NCBI GenBank assembly: GCA_018780035.1 | Contig: JADMKE010000008.1 | Location: 7,778 to 71,777 of the forward strand | Source of the DNA: Candidatus Sericytochromatia bacterium | GTDB taxonomy: Bacteria > Cyanobacteriota > Sericytochromatia > UBA7694 | Direction: 5' to 3' | Length of the DNA stretch: 64,000 nucleotides | Shown here: positions 37,149 through 46,890 of the stretch, piece by piece | How the letters are laid out: the number at the start of each line of letters is the position of its first letter | Numbering within the stretch: position 1 is the first letter of the stretch | Program-made: the position numbers and the translations under genes | The notes under the pieces: generated by a model | What the model was told of the DNA's origin: nothing | Databases searched by the model: none | The model's input: only the letters and a program-made list of their open reading frames with translations

Positions 37149-38521
37149 AGCGTCAGCTCCAGCACCTCACCCGCTTGCGCAATCTGGCTCTGCCAGCCTT
37201 TGGCCTCGGCCAGACGGTTTTGCAGGGCCAGGGCCGCATCGGGCTCGCCATGGACAATAAACAGCTGCTCGGGCGCGCGCGACAGCTCGGAGAGCCAATC
37301 CAGCAGACCGGCTTGGTCGGCATGGGCTGAGAGGCCGTGTAATTGTTCAACCCGGGCCCGAACAGGGTAATGTACCCCTTGGATTTTGAGGTGCGAAGCG
37401 CCTTCCAAGAGATCGCGCCCCCGGGTGCCTTCGGCCTGATACCCCGAGAGCAAGACCGTTGAAGCGGGGTTGGGCAATTCATAGAGCAAATAGCCCAACA
37501 TGCGTCCCCCTGTGAGCATGCCGCTGCCTGCCAAGACAATTTTGGGCTGTTGGCGCTTGGCAATCTTCAAGCTCTCCTGGGCCTGGGTCACAACATGAAT
37601 GCCCGCCGTCAGAGCTTGAGCATCGGCCTCACTCAGTTTGTGCCATTCAGGAAATTCAGCAAAGAGTTTGAGAACCGCAGAGCCCATCGGGCTATCGAGA
37701 ATGATCGGCACAGACGGCAGGCGTTTTTGACGGATCAATTGTGAAAGCAACAAAAGCAGGGTTTGGGTGCGCTCCACAGCAAAACCGGGAATCAAAAGTG
37801 AGCCCCCGTCTGAGAGGGTTTCTGCCGCCAATTCGGCCAAACGCTCAGCCACATCTTCGTCGGGATGGAGCCGATTGCCATAGGTCGATTCAATCAACAA
37901 GAGATCGGCTTTGTCGGGCTTGTGGGGTGGATAGAGCAGCATGTCATCGCTGCGGCCAATATCCCCCGAAAAGATCAGGGTTTTGCCCGCGATTTCCAGT
38001 TCAATAAAACAGGCCCCCAAAATATGGCCATTATAATGCCAGCGCGCGCGAATCCCCGCCTCGGGAAAGAGTTCAAGCCACTCTTGCTGGGACACTGTCT
38101 GCAAATGGCTGAGGGTTTTTTCGGCCTCGCGGATGGTATAAAGTGGCTTGGCTGGGGCATGTTTGGAATAGCCATGTAAATTGGCCCTTTCAGCCTCTTC
38201 TTCTTGGACCTTGCCGCTGTCACGCAGAATAATTTCAGTCACAGCCCGGGTCGGCGCCGTGGCGTAGATCGGCCCCCGAAAGCCCTGCTGCAGGAGACAG
38301 GGCAAATAGCCCGTGTGGTCCATATGGCCATGGGTCAACAAAACAGCCTCGATCTCTTTGGCCGGAAAGGGCAGAGGCTCCCAATTTTGCAGACGCAATT
38401 GTTTGAGTCCCTGAAAGAGGCCGCAATCGATCAAAAGCGTGTGGCCTTCGGCCTGAACCAAAAAACGAGAACCGGTCACGGTTCCTGCTGCACCTAAAAA
38501 ACGAATCGTCAATGGGGTCAT
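37145..38521 (-). CDS. MBL-fold metallo-hydrolase with beta-CASP/RNA-specificity domain (RNase J-like)
   Basis: HGHMDHTGYLP (HxHxDH), a beta-CASP segment and a C-terminal RMBL-like region. Size is 458 aa. Confidence 0.8.
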   Translation of the reverse strand: MTPLTIRFLGAAGTVTGSRFLVQAEGHTLLIDCGLFQGLKQLRLQNWEPLPFPAKEIEAVLLTHGHMDHTGYLPCLLQQGFRGPIYATAPTRAVTEIILRDSGKVQEEEAERANLHGYSKHAPAKPLYTIREAEKTLSHLQTVSQQEWLELFPEAGIRARWHYNGHILGACFIELEIAGKTLIFSGDIGRSDDMLLYPPHKPDKADLLLIESTYGNRLHPDEDVAERLAELAAETLSDGGSLLIPGFAVERTQTLLLLLSQLIRQKRLPSVPIILDSPMGSAVLKLFAEFPEWHKLSEADAQALTAGIHVVTQAQESLKIAKRQQPKIVLAGSGMLTGGRMLGYLLYELPNPASTVLLSGYQAEGTRGRDLLEGASHLKIQGVHYPVRARVEQLHGLSAHADQAGLLDWLSELSRAPEQLFIVHGEPDAALALQNRLAEAKGWQSQIAQAGEVLELTL

Positions 38522-40206
38522 GGAATAAGTACATCCGCATAATTAAATTCAATTGCCAGAGATTTGGCTTTCCAGGGTCTGTTCAAATTCTTTTCTGCTG
38601 CCTGCCGCACGACAGTATCCACGGCAGGTTGCTCAAGTACCGCTGCATAATTGCGCTTGGCCTCTGAACGCAAACCGGCGACATCAAAGGCCCGGCCCCG
38701 CCAGAGATAAAACGCAGCCACCCGTTCAGGATCCGGGTGCCCCAGCTCCAAAGCCCTGTGAAAATAGGGCAGAGCCGCTTCGGGGCGTTGGGCCGAAAGC
38801 GCCACCAATCCAGCAATATAGGCATAAACCGATTCGCGCGGGGCCTCTTGGCAGGCATCCTCCATGGCGCTGAACGCTTGGATTTTGTCATTCTCATCAA
38901 AATAGGCCCGGTAGGCACGGGTATAGTGGGCAAAGGCCCGCTCTTCTTGTTCGGGCACGTTTCGCCCCAGCAGTGGGGGCAGATTTTCACACACCGTTCC
39001 CTGTTTGAGGTCAAAGGCATAATAGGGCCGGGTGGAGGTGGGCACCGTACCCGCTCCAACCCAGGCCCGCCCGGCAGCGGGCTCAAACACCGCCGAAGAG
39101 ACTGTCAGCAGCATGGCCAACGGTGTGCGCATGCGGCAGCGGGCATCCACCCGATCGCCGAGCAAATAGGCCATGTCTTGGGCCTCAAGCTGGCCGTGCC
39201 GGGCTTTGAGATAGCTGTCGATATGTTGGTATCGGCCCAAATTGGAGCGCCACTGCGAGGGATAGAGATGGGTCTCACGGTCGGCCAGCTTTTTGCTGAG
39301 ATACATATTGCTGTAAGCAAAGGTTTCCTGATCGGTGATAAACCAGTGGCGTTCGGTGCCCGTGACCTCGTAACAGAGCAGGGCCTTTTCCGCTGCCGAG
39401 GTGATGATATACGTCCAACAGGCGGTGGGCCGATGGGCATCGAGAATTTGACGGGCCTGCTCCAGGGTCTGGGCTTTGCGCATCACTTCATCGCCGACAA
39501 TCCCCACGGGCTGTCCACCCAATTGCAAATTGAGGCAGGCCACATGCTGATGCACAGCCAGGGTCAAGCCCGCTTCGTTCATGGCCGTGACCCCACCCAG
39601 GGGAATCCCGGCTGAGGTGATCGAGAGGTAATTCAAGCCATCTTCGGGCTGAGAAAAAATCACAGCAGCTTCGCGATCCCAGACCTGGGCCCCCATATAG
39701 TCGAGGTTGCGGGCGTGTAAGAGCTGCCCTTGTTTGGTCGCACCGCCCTGGGCCACAGCGCTGGAGCAGCCCATGGTCTGGACAGCCAATTGCGGTGCCA
39801 ATTCCAGCTTGCGCATTTTTTGACTCTGGCAAGAGAGCCAGAGAAAGCTATCGGGCAACACAAAAGCCTGCCAAATCAAAGCTTCGGGCAAACCGGCCCC
39901 TTCCGCCAGCCCTTTGACATGGGCCTTGACATGGGCCGGAAAGGCCGCCACCAATTGGCGACCGACCCAGCGATCCAGGCCTTTTTTGAGGGTTTTGGCC
40001 GCTCGCTCGCCCACTGCTTGGCGCAAAATCTTTTCCAGATAGACCGCAAAATAAGGCACCGCTCCTTGGGGAATGGCAGCTTTGAGCATTTGCCCATGCT
40101 GATAGCCCATTTCGTAGTCACTGCCACCGATCTTGAGCACGTGTAAGCCCTGATAGCGGCGATAGCCGGGCATTCCAGCAGTAGCAAGGGCAAGGGTCTC
40201 AGACAT
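38518..40206 (-). CDS. C45-family (acyl-CoA:6-APA acyltransferase-like, Ntn-hydrolase) protein with C-terminal TPR
   Basis: N-terminus …GGSDYEMGYQHGQMLKAAI… and an internal …MGCSS…TAMNEAGL… resemble peptidase C45/AAT. TPR-like helices occur at the C-terminus (YFHRALELGHPDPERVAAFYLWRGRAF). Confidence 0.55.
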   Translation of the reverse strand: MSETLALATAGMPGYRRYQGLHVLKIGGSDYEMGYQHGQMLKAAIPQGAVPYFAVYLEKILRQAVGERAAKTLKKGLDRWVGRQLVAAFPAHVKAHVKGLAEGAGLPEALIWQAFVLPDSFLWLSCQSQKMRKLELAPQLAVQTMGCSSAVAQGGATKQGQLLHARNLDYMGAQVWDREAAVIFSQPEDGLNYLSITSAGIPLGGVTAMNEAGLTLAVHQHVACLNLQLGGQPVGIVGDEVMRKAQTLEQARQILDAHRPTACWTYIITSAAEKALLCYEVTGTERHWFITDQETFAYSNMYLSKKLADRETHLYPSQWRSNLGRYQHIDSYLKARHGQLEAQDMAYLLGDRVDARCRMRTPLAMLLTVSSAVFEPAAGRAWVGAGTVPTSTRPYYAFDLKQGTVCENLPPLLGRNVPEQEERAFAHYTRAYRAYFDENDKIQAFSAMEDACQEAPRESVYAYIAGLVALSAQRPEAALPYFHRALELGHPDPERVAAFYLWRGRAFDVAGLRSEAKRNYAAVLEQPAVDTVVRQAAEKNLNRPWKAKSLAIEFNYADVLIP

Positions 40207-40297
40207 AGGAACACTCCTGTTGGCAAGCTGCTATTAGTATAGCCGCAGCCAGCCGCTTTGTGAGAAAATTAAAGGCAGAAAACCCAGGAGATAAGCC

Positions 40298-40678
40298 ATG
40301 CCGCGTTATCTGGTTCTGTTTTTAGCTCTCTCTGTTCTGAGCACAGCTCTGAGCGCCTGCGAAGATTTGCCCGAAGCGGTGGTCAAACGCAATTCGGCTT
40401 TGCAGGGCAATATGGGTTGGAGCGGTGGCTTTGCACCGCTGCCCCCTTTGTCTGAGCCCGCTCCCCCGGCTCAACCCGGACAAGCCAATACCGATACAGG
40501 TTTTACAGATTTACCTGCGCTGCCTTTTCCGCCATTAAACCCCTTGCCAGAGCCCAGCCCAGCCCAGGCAGAAGAAGCGCCACCGGCGGCCACGCCAAAC
40601 ACACCCACTTCACCCGCACCGGCCAGCAGTCCAGCAGCGGGTGATGCACCTGTGGTCACTCCCAGTCAGACGCCTTAA
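40298..40678 (+). CDS. Proline-rich small lipoprotein
   Basis: Lipobox ALSACED with a Pro/Ala-rich low-complexity body. High-GC low complexity makes the ORF less certain. Confidence 0.4.
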   Translation: MPRYLVLFLALSVLSTALSACEDLPEAVVKRNSALQGNMGWSGGFAPLPPLSEPAPPAQPGQANTDTGFTDLPALPFPPLNPLPEPSPAQAEEAPPAATPNTPTSPAPASSPAAGDAPVVTPSQTP

Positions 40679-40696
40679 ACAGCGCGATAAACAGCG

Positions 40697-43216
40697 CTAT
40701 TTCCCAATTTCTTGAAAAGGCCCGTTGAGTTCAGCCTGAACTTCAGCCCCCGTGACGGTGCCTTTGGCCAAGGCCGTAAAGAGATAGACCAAATGAGCGG
40801 CTTGAATATTGCCTGTGTCTTGGCCAATTAACTCGCGCAGCGATTTTTCATAGGTCTCTGTCTTGGTTGCGCGGCTGTCGACATCGTTGTAGCGAATTTC
40901 CAATTTGATCTTCTGATCGAGCAGGTTTTCGACTTTGTTGGCTTTGAACTGCTCCCAAAAATACTGCGAGGTATTAAAAGAAAAATTGGTGGGCTGAACT
41001 TTGCTGGGATCTTGCGAGACCTGCTCGGCAGCAGATTCACCGTGATAGAGTTGGCCTGGGTATTCCAGTTTAAAGCGCACATTGCGGGCTGCCAAATCGA
41101 CCAGGGGAATAAAGCGATCGGTCATGGCCTCTTTCATATCCGTTTTACTGACCACGCTGTAATAGGCACCCCGGCCCGCTTCGGTGAGCGCATTGAGCAA
41201 CTCTTGATTGTGCTCATAACCCAGCCCAATTGCGGAGAGATACAGCCCTTGCTGATTGCGGCGGGCCACCAAATCTTTAAGTCCAGCCAGATCTTTGCTG
41301 CCTTCGGTCGGCAGGGCATCGGTAATAAACAAGAGACGGTTATTTTTGCTGGCATCGCGGTATTTCTCAGCCACACGGTACCCCTCTTCCAGGGCCGCCT
41401 GCAAATTGGTATTGCCCAGGGGCTCCAGTTTGCTGACTACCTGCAAATAGGGTTTGAGATCGGTGCCAAATTTAAGCCCTTCGATCTCTTTAAAAGGCTT
41501 GGCAGCAAAGGTCACCAAATTGATCACATCGCCCGGTTTGAGTTGGTCGAGCATTTGCTGCAAACCCGCTTTGAGCAAGTCCAGACGCGAAGGGGGTGAT
41601 TTGCCCGGCTCATCGGCAATGGGTGCATATTCGGTCATCGAATTGGAGACATCGGCCACCACCGTTAAGACCAGATTTTTGCGCGAGGTTTTACAGCGAT
41701 AAGGCGCTGTGACATGAACACCCAATTCATAGGTATCCAAAAGCGGATGACTGAGATGGGCACGGCGGGTCATGCCCATCGAAACCTGAAAAAGACCCGT
41801 GGAAGTCTGTTTGACATGATCGAAGTTTTCGTAATTCAAAAACTCCCAGGGGCGGGCCCACTCGGGTTTGGGCAATCGATTGCCCTGCAGAGCCTGTTTG
41901 ACCAGTTCCACCCCGGCGGTGCTGGCCGAGTCGTCGTAAGAGAAGTAAAACGATTCACGCGGGTTTTTGGGGGTCGGCAGGGGGGTCGGCATGGGCGTGG
42001 GGGTGGGCGTTGGCTCAGGAGTGGCCGTGGGCAAGCCCGTGGGAGTGGGAATGGGGGTCACCAAGGGAGCGGGCACCGTGGTCGAAGAGGTCAGCCGAAT
42101 GCGGTTGGGAAACAAAATGGCCTCATAATCGCCATCGGTCAATTTAAAGTATTTTTCTGTGCGGGCCACCCCAGATTTGTCGAGAATCTTGCCATCTCCG
42201 GCCTGCAGACCCCAGCTGTATTTGCTCAAATCGCTATCCAAAACCAAGTTGGCGGGCAATTTAACCTGTACCACCAGATCATCACTCGACCAAACAAATT
42301 GAAACTGCGCAGGGCTGGCAACCTGTTCTCCCAGGGCATTGGCATTGCGCAGATGCAAAGCAATATTCTTTTCGACCGAGGCTTTGTCCATCGGTTCACT
42401 AAAATTGAGCGTCAATCCCTGTGGAAGCGCATCCTCTCTATCTCTGATCCAGGCAGCCGCTCGCACTTCGGGCTTGTCGGTCAGGCCATTATAACCCGCT
42501 GAAAAAGTGGGGGCGCCCGCTGCACCGGTCCCAAAATCATAGCGATTGGCATTGGGATCGCCCTGTTTATTGGACTTGAGGACTTCAACACGGCTGCGAT
42601 CCGTAAAACCCTCTTTCGATAAAATAATTTCAACCTGCACCCCCGATGGGGCGTTATTAAAGGCATAAGTGCCACCTGCTGTGACTGTTGTGGCCTCAAA
42701 GGGAACCGAGCTATTGAGCGAACGCACCGTGACGGTCGCTCCATCAACTGGATTGCCCTCTTCGTCAAAGATCTTGCCATTAAAGGTCGTTTTTTCGATC
42801 ACCGAAATATCCGAAGTGGCGCTGGGCAGGGGGGTGTTCTGCGGAACAGGCGTGCCCACGGGCACTGGCGGGGGGGCGCCAAAGATATTGCCCGGCCCCT
42901 GGTTGGGATCACTGGGCCCAAAGCCTTTGAGGGCCAAAAGCTTTTCAATCATCTGGCGGTACTCACGGGCGGTTTCGCGGGCATAGCCCTGCTCTCCGGC
43001 AACCGCCTGGCCGCTGCAAAACCGGGCCACAGTCGGGTCGAGACCGCCACCGCCCAAAACCTGAAAGGTGCCCACAGGGGCATTGGAAGTGACTTCTGGG
43101 GGATTGTTGATCACAATCACCGGATTGGCGGTAATTTTGGTGGCAGGAACACAGGCCTGAAGACCGATCAGCAGGGTGAGTGCACAAGACGATTTAAAGC
43201 GATGCAACATAATCAA
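40697..43216 (-). CDS. von Willebrand factor A (VWA) domain lipoprotein with CarbopepD_reg-like and YfbK/DUF3520-like regions
   Basis: Lipobox LLIGLQAC. A CarbopepD_reg-like segment (FNGKIFDEEGNPVDGATVTVRS), P/T linker, VWA MIDAS-type segment (LVLTVVADVSNSMT…) and a conserved C-terminal region (FKLEYPGQLYHGESA) follow. Confidence 0.75.
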   Translation of the reverse strand: MIMLHRFKSSCALTLLIGLQACVPATKITANPVIVINNPPEVTSNAPVGTFQVLGGGGLDPTVARFCSGQAVAGEQGYARETAREYRQMIEKLLALKGFGPSDPNQGPGNIFGAPPPVPVGTPVPQNTPLPSATSDISVIEKTTFNGKIFDEEGNPVDGATVTVRSLNSSVPFEATTVTAGGTYAFNNAPSGVQVEIILSKEGFTDRSRVEVLKSNKQGDPNANRYDFGTGAAGAPTFSAGYNGLTDKPEVRAAAWIRDREDALPQGLTLNFSEPMDKASVEKNIALHLRNANALGEQVASPAQFQFVWSSDDLVVQVKLPANLVLDSDLSKYSWGLQAGDGKILDKSGVARTEKYFKLTDGDYEAILFPNRIRLTSSTTVPAPLVTPIPTPTGLPTATPEPTPTPTPMPTPLPTPKNPRESFYFSYDDSASTAGVELVKQALQGNRLPKPEWARPWEFLNYENFDHVKQTSTGLFQVSMGMTRRAHLSHPLLDTYELGVHVTAPYRCKTSRKNLVLTVVADVSNSMTEYAPIADEPGKSPPSRLDLLKAGLQQMLDQLKPGDVINLVTFAAKPFKEIEGLKFGTDLKPYLQVVSKLEPLGNTNLQAALEEGYRVAEKYRDASKNNRLLFITDALPTEGSKDLAGLKDLVARRNQQGLYLSAIGLGYEHNQELLNALTEAGRGAYYSVVSKTDMKEAMTDRFIPLVDLAARNVRFKLEYPGQLYHGESAAEQVSQDPSKVQPTNFSFNTSQYFWEQFKANKVENLLDQKIKLEIRYNDVDSRATKTETYEKSLRELIGQDTGNIQAAHLVYLFTALAKGTVTGAEVQAELNGPFQEIGK

Positions 43217-43303
43217 AGGGCCTCGTTTGCAAGTGAATATTTTTAAAGGGACGCTGACCCAAGTACGGGGGTTCCCTCTTTCGGTCTTAAACTGTTAAAA
43301 AAA

Positions 43304-44110
43304 TTAGACTTCAGAGGCATAGTCGGGCCTAAGCAGGGGTTTTCCGCTGTTTGAGCGCTCCAATTGCCAAAAAGAACCATAAATATCCGCCAAAAGTTCG
43401 GGGCGAATCACAGCATCGGCAGGCCCCTGGGCCACAGTCTGGCCCTGGTGGAGCAAAAGCAATTGATCGGCAAAATGGGCAGCCAGATTGAGATCGTGCA
43501 AAACCACCACAATGCCGACCTGATTGCCAGCAATCTCGCGCAACAGACGCATGACCTGAACCTCGGCCTGAATATCCAAATGGGCTGTGGGTTCATCCAA
43601 AAGCAGCAATTGTGGGGTTTGGGCCAAAGCCCTGGCCAATTGTGCTTTTTGCCATTCCCCACTGCTCAGGCTCTGCACCATTTGCTCAGCCAAGGGAGTT
43701 AAATCACAGCGCTCCAAAACCTGGGCCAAAACCTGCCGATCCGTGGCGCTGAGGCGGCCCAGCCAGTCCTGAAAGGGGGTTCGACCCAAAGCCACATATT
43801 CAGCCAGGCGCAAAGGGAAAGCGGGCAGCGCTTCACGGGGATTGATCACAGCCACGTGCCTTGCCCTTTCGGGTGCCGGATAGTCAACCAGCGGGCGCCC
43901 CAATAATTGCACCTGTCCGGCAGAAGGTGTGAGAAGCCCCGCCAAAAGTTTGAGCAGAGTGGATTTGCCCGCGCCATTGGGGCCCACCAGGGCCAAAATT
44001 TCGCCGGGCCTTAAACTGAGCGAAATCCCTTTGACCAAGGCCCGTTCACCCAGGGCAAAACCCAGTTGAGAGGCCGTTAAAAGTGGCTCCCCCCCCAACG
44101 CCACAGCCAT
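43304..44110 (-). CDS. ABC transporter ATP-binding protein (FepC/BtuD/ZnuC-like type), no adjacent permease
   Basis: Walker A GPNGAGKST, Q-loop, signature LSSGEWQKAQLARAL, Walker B LLLLDEPTAHLD and H-loop VVVLHDLN. The start ATG overlaps the upstream TPR gene's TGA by 1 nt. Confidence 0.88.
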   Translation of the reverse strand: MAVALGGEPLLTASQLGFALGERALVKGISLSLRPGEILALVGPNGAGKSTLLKLLAGLLTPSAGQVQLLGRPLVDYPAPERARHVAVINPREALPAFPLRLAEYVALGRTPFQDWLGRLSATDRQVLAQVLERCDLTPLAEQMVQSLSSGEWQKAQLARALAQTPQLLLLDEPTAHLDIQAEVQVMRLLREIAGNQVGIVVVLHDLNLAAHFADQLLLLHQGQTVAQGPADAVIRPELLADIYGSFWQLERSNSGKPLLRPDYASEV

Positions 44111-45678
44111 CAGCGGGGCCGGTTTTTCTGCAGCTCTTTGAGATCCTGAATCACCTTGCGAATCTTGGCTGCATCTTCGGCCTGGGGCTCTTGCTTGAGA
44201 TAGGCCTCAAAATGCTGGATTGCAGGCTGAATCTGTCCCTGTTTGGCATAGGTCAGCCCCAGATTGCGCAAAATATCTGGTCGCTGTTTGTCCTGTTTGA
44301 GAGCGGCCTGCAAATCCAAAATCGCCTGGGGATAATTCTGGGCATTGTAATAGAGCACCCCCCGCAGAGCCAAAGCATCGGCGTATTTGGGATTGAGCTG
44401 AATCGCCTGATTGAGATAGGCCATTGAGCGGCCACGGGTGGCAGGCTCAGCAAACAAGACACTGGCAAGGGTATAGTTCAATTCCGCGTTTTGAGGAGCC
44501 AAACTCAGGGCCTGATTAAAATGATTCAGGGCTTTGTCGGTATTGCCCTGCTGGTAGGCCAATTTGCCGAGCTGAATCCAGGCAGCTACAAATTGGGGTT
44601 TGAGCTGGGTGCTGGACTGGAAATAGGCCTCAGCCAAATCGGGATTGTTTTGCTGCAGATGGAGTTTGCCCAGGCGATAGAGTGTATCTGAATAGGTTTT
44701 ATCCTGTTTGGCCAATTGCTCAAAACTGCGGATCGCCATTTCGGGTTGCCCACCCTCTTCTTGCAAACGCCCCTGATCATAGAGCGCGGGCAAATAATCG
44801 GGACGAATCAAAAGCAGATTGTTGAGCACCCCTAAGGCTTTGGCATTTTGCCCGAGGCGCTCGTAACTCAAAGCCATCTGGTGGTGGGCATTGACGTGGG
44901 TGGGTACCTGGGCCACGGCTTGAACCAGGGCCGCCAAGGCGGCGTTATAATTGCCGGTCTGATTGTAAATCCAGCCCAATTGGTAATGGGCCTCGCTAAA
45001 AGTGGGGTCTTGGAGCAGGGCCTGCTGATAAGCCTGAATGGCTTCTTTCCAACGTTTTTGCAATTTGAACTGGTTGCCCGCCTCGTAGTGCTGAATCGCA
45101 GAGACCGAACGGGCACCGGAAGAAGTTGCCAGAGTGGCTTTTTGTTTTTTCTCTAACAGGGCGAGCTGTTGGCGGGCCCCAACATGTTCGGGCTGCAGGG
45201 TCAGCACTTTGCGATAGGCTTCGATTGCTTTGTCTGACATATTGGATTGAGAGTATGAAATGGCCAGATTGTACCAAACATCGGGATCTTCGCTGCGAAA
45301 TTTGAGCAAATAGCGGTAGACTTCCAGGGCCTTGTCCCAGGCCTTGGTTTCGATATAGACCACACCGAGATTGTTATAAGCGTCAAAATAATCGGCGTCC
45401 AGGGCAATCGCCTGACGATAGGCCTCAATCGCCTGTGTGGTCTGTTTATTAAAATAATAGACCACACCCAGGTTATAACAGAGCAGGGGATCGGTCGGAC
45501 GCAGCTTCTGCAAAGCCAAATAATGGCGTATGGCCTCGGGATAATTTTTACTGCTGTAGGCCTGATAGGCCTTTTGCTCCAAGGCCGCTGTGTCTGCGGC
45601 AAAAACAGGAGGAGTCAAAAGCAGAGTGAGCAGAGTGAGAGAGAAAACTATTGTTCGGGAGCGCCTTTGTGGGCCCAT
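44110..45678 (-). CDS. Secreted tetratricopeptide (TPR) repeat protein
   Basis: Signal peptide (…LLLTPPVFAADTAAL), then about 12 TPR units (AYNNLGVVYIE…, AHYQLGWIYNQTGNY…, ALYDQGRL…). Confidence 0.75.
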   Translation of the reverse strand: MGPQRRSRTIVFSLTLLTLLLTPPVFAADTAALEQKAYQAYSSKNYPEAIRHYLALQKLRPTDPLLCYNLGVVYYFNKQTTQAIEAYRQAIALDADYFDAYNNLGVVYIETKAWDKALEVYRYLLKFRSEDPDVWYNLAISYSQSNMSDKAIEAYRKVLTLQPEHVGARQQLALLEKKQKATLATSSGARSVSAIQHYEAGNQFKLQKRWKEAIQAYQQALLQDPTFSEAHYQLGWIYNQTGNYNAALAALVQAVAQVPTHVNAHHQMALSYERLGQNAKALGVLNNLLLIRPDYLPALYDQGRLQEEGGQPEMAIRSFEQLAKQDKTYSDTLYRLGKLHLQQNNPDLAEAYFQSSTQLKPQFVAAWIQLGKLAYQQGNTDKALNHFNQALSLAPQNAELNYTLASVLFAEPATRGRSMAYLNQAIQLNPKYADALALRGVLYYNAQNYPQAILDLQAALKQDKQRPDILRNLGLTYAKQGQIQPAIQHFEAYLKQEPQAEDAAKIRKVIQDLKELQKNRPR

Positions 45679-46709
45679 GTTGCGTATGCCTCGGAGAGTT
45701 TAAGCGGCTTCTGCTGGAAAGGTTGGGGTCGGTTGCTGACAAAGACCAGAAAACTTTCGAGATCAGAATAGGTGATCTCCCGCAGCACATCATGCATGGG
45801 GATGCCCATAAATGGACCACGGGGGGGAGCGGGTAATTTTTGCCCATAAGGGGCACAGTTGCGAATTTCTTCAATCGCACGGGTCATCCACTCGTACTCC
45901 TGGCGCTTGTTGCCAGGCAGCAATTCACGCACGTCTTTTTCAGTCAAAAAAGGCCGGTTGTGAATCGTGGAAAAAAAGATTTTTTGTTCCACCAATTTGC
46001 CAAAGCCCGAACGGAAAGAGGGCAATTGAGAATCATCGGGTTCAGCCTCGACAAACGGAGCTGTGCCCAAAGGGATATGGGTCTGCACAGTCCGAACTGG
46101 GGCTCTGCGATTGCCTCCCAAGAGTTTATCTGAGAGGGTGCGCAAGACAAAGGTAAATTCTTGAATGATGGCCTTGACCAAACCCACCGTAATTTTATGA
46201 AAAAAGTGGGCCAAGGCATCGGCCAACCCCATCACCGTTTCGACAATCGGCTCAAACATGCGCTGAAAGCCATTGCTGATCCGATCGCCAAAATTATCGA
46301 TGCGGTTGCCCACCACATTGGAAACCCGGTCTATCTCCTGATTCATCTCAGAGACATAATGGTCGAGATGGTTGGTGCTGTGTTTGACGGGACGGGAGGG
46401 GCCTTGAGGCACCCCATCTTTGATCTGGCGCGACGTCGAAGGCAGGGCCTTGGGCAAACTGTCTGCTGGGGGCAGAGGCGCAGAACCACCTGCCAGCGCA
46501 GCGGATTTGGGCGTGGCTTTGGTCGCAGATTTGTTCACAGGCGCCGCAGGCAGATTGCCTGTTTGAGCTGAGCTTTCGGGGGAGGCAGGCAATTGACGGG
46601 TATTTTTTTTCTGGCTCTCGTTAATGGCTTCGCGGCTGAAGGACATATTGTCACTCCATTGCGAACGCCGATAAAGTTCATCGGTGGTGGGTTTTTTCTT
46701 ATCAGCCAC
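45648..46709 (-). CDS. Hypothetical protein
   Basis: 353-aa ORF, first gene of the minus-strand TPR/ABC cluster, overlapping the TPR start by 31 nt. No recognised motifs. Confidence 0.5.
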   Translation of the reverse strand: MADKKKPTTDELYRRSQWSDNMSFSREAINESQKKNTRQLPASPESSAQTGNLPAAPVNKSATKATPKSAALAGGSAPLPPADSLPKALPSTSRQIKDGVPQGPSRPVKHSTNHLDHYVSEMNQEIDRVSNVVGNRIDNFGDRISNGFQRMFEPIVETVMGLADALAHFFHKITVGLVKAIIQEFTFVLRTLSDKLLGGNRRAPVRTVQTHIPLGTAPFVEAEPDDSQLPSFRSGFGKLVEQKIFFSTIHNRPFLTEKDVRELLPGNKRQEYEWMTRAIEEIRNCAPYGQKLPAPPRGPFMGIPMHDVLREITYSDLESFLVFVSNRPQPFQQKPLKLSEAYATWAHKGAPEQ

Positions 46710-46890
46710 TGTGTTTAGCCATTTCCGGCGCTTGCCGCTTGTTCATAAGTCTCAGCAGAATACCTCACAATTGCAAAATCAGGAGAAAAGTGGGGAGATG
46801 CTGCCTAAAAATAATTATAACGTATGTTGCTGCGCATCTTGCCAAGTCGCCAGATTGAATTTTGGCAAAGTCTTGTACTATGCTTGTACT

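Noticed and set aside
38583-39615. Several 100-290-aa ORFs on both strands (e.g. 38737..39615 +)
   Set aside because: They overlap the 562-aa C45-like gene in other frames. The compositions are Gly/Arg/Pro-rich.
41012-42502. Plus-strand ORFs of 195 and 262 aa
   Set aside because: Antisense to the VWA lipoprotein gene. The second is Gly/Arg-rich, reflecting the reverse of the P/T linker.
46684-46890. N-terminal extension of the transglutaminase ORF (MVGFFLSATVF…CCCASCQVARLNF…)
   Set aside because: It overlaps the upstream divergent gene region and has odd composition. ATG 46891 precedes the first TM helix and is the more plausible start.
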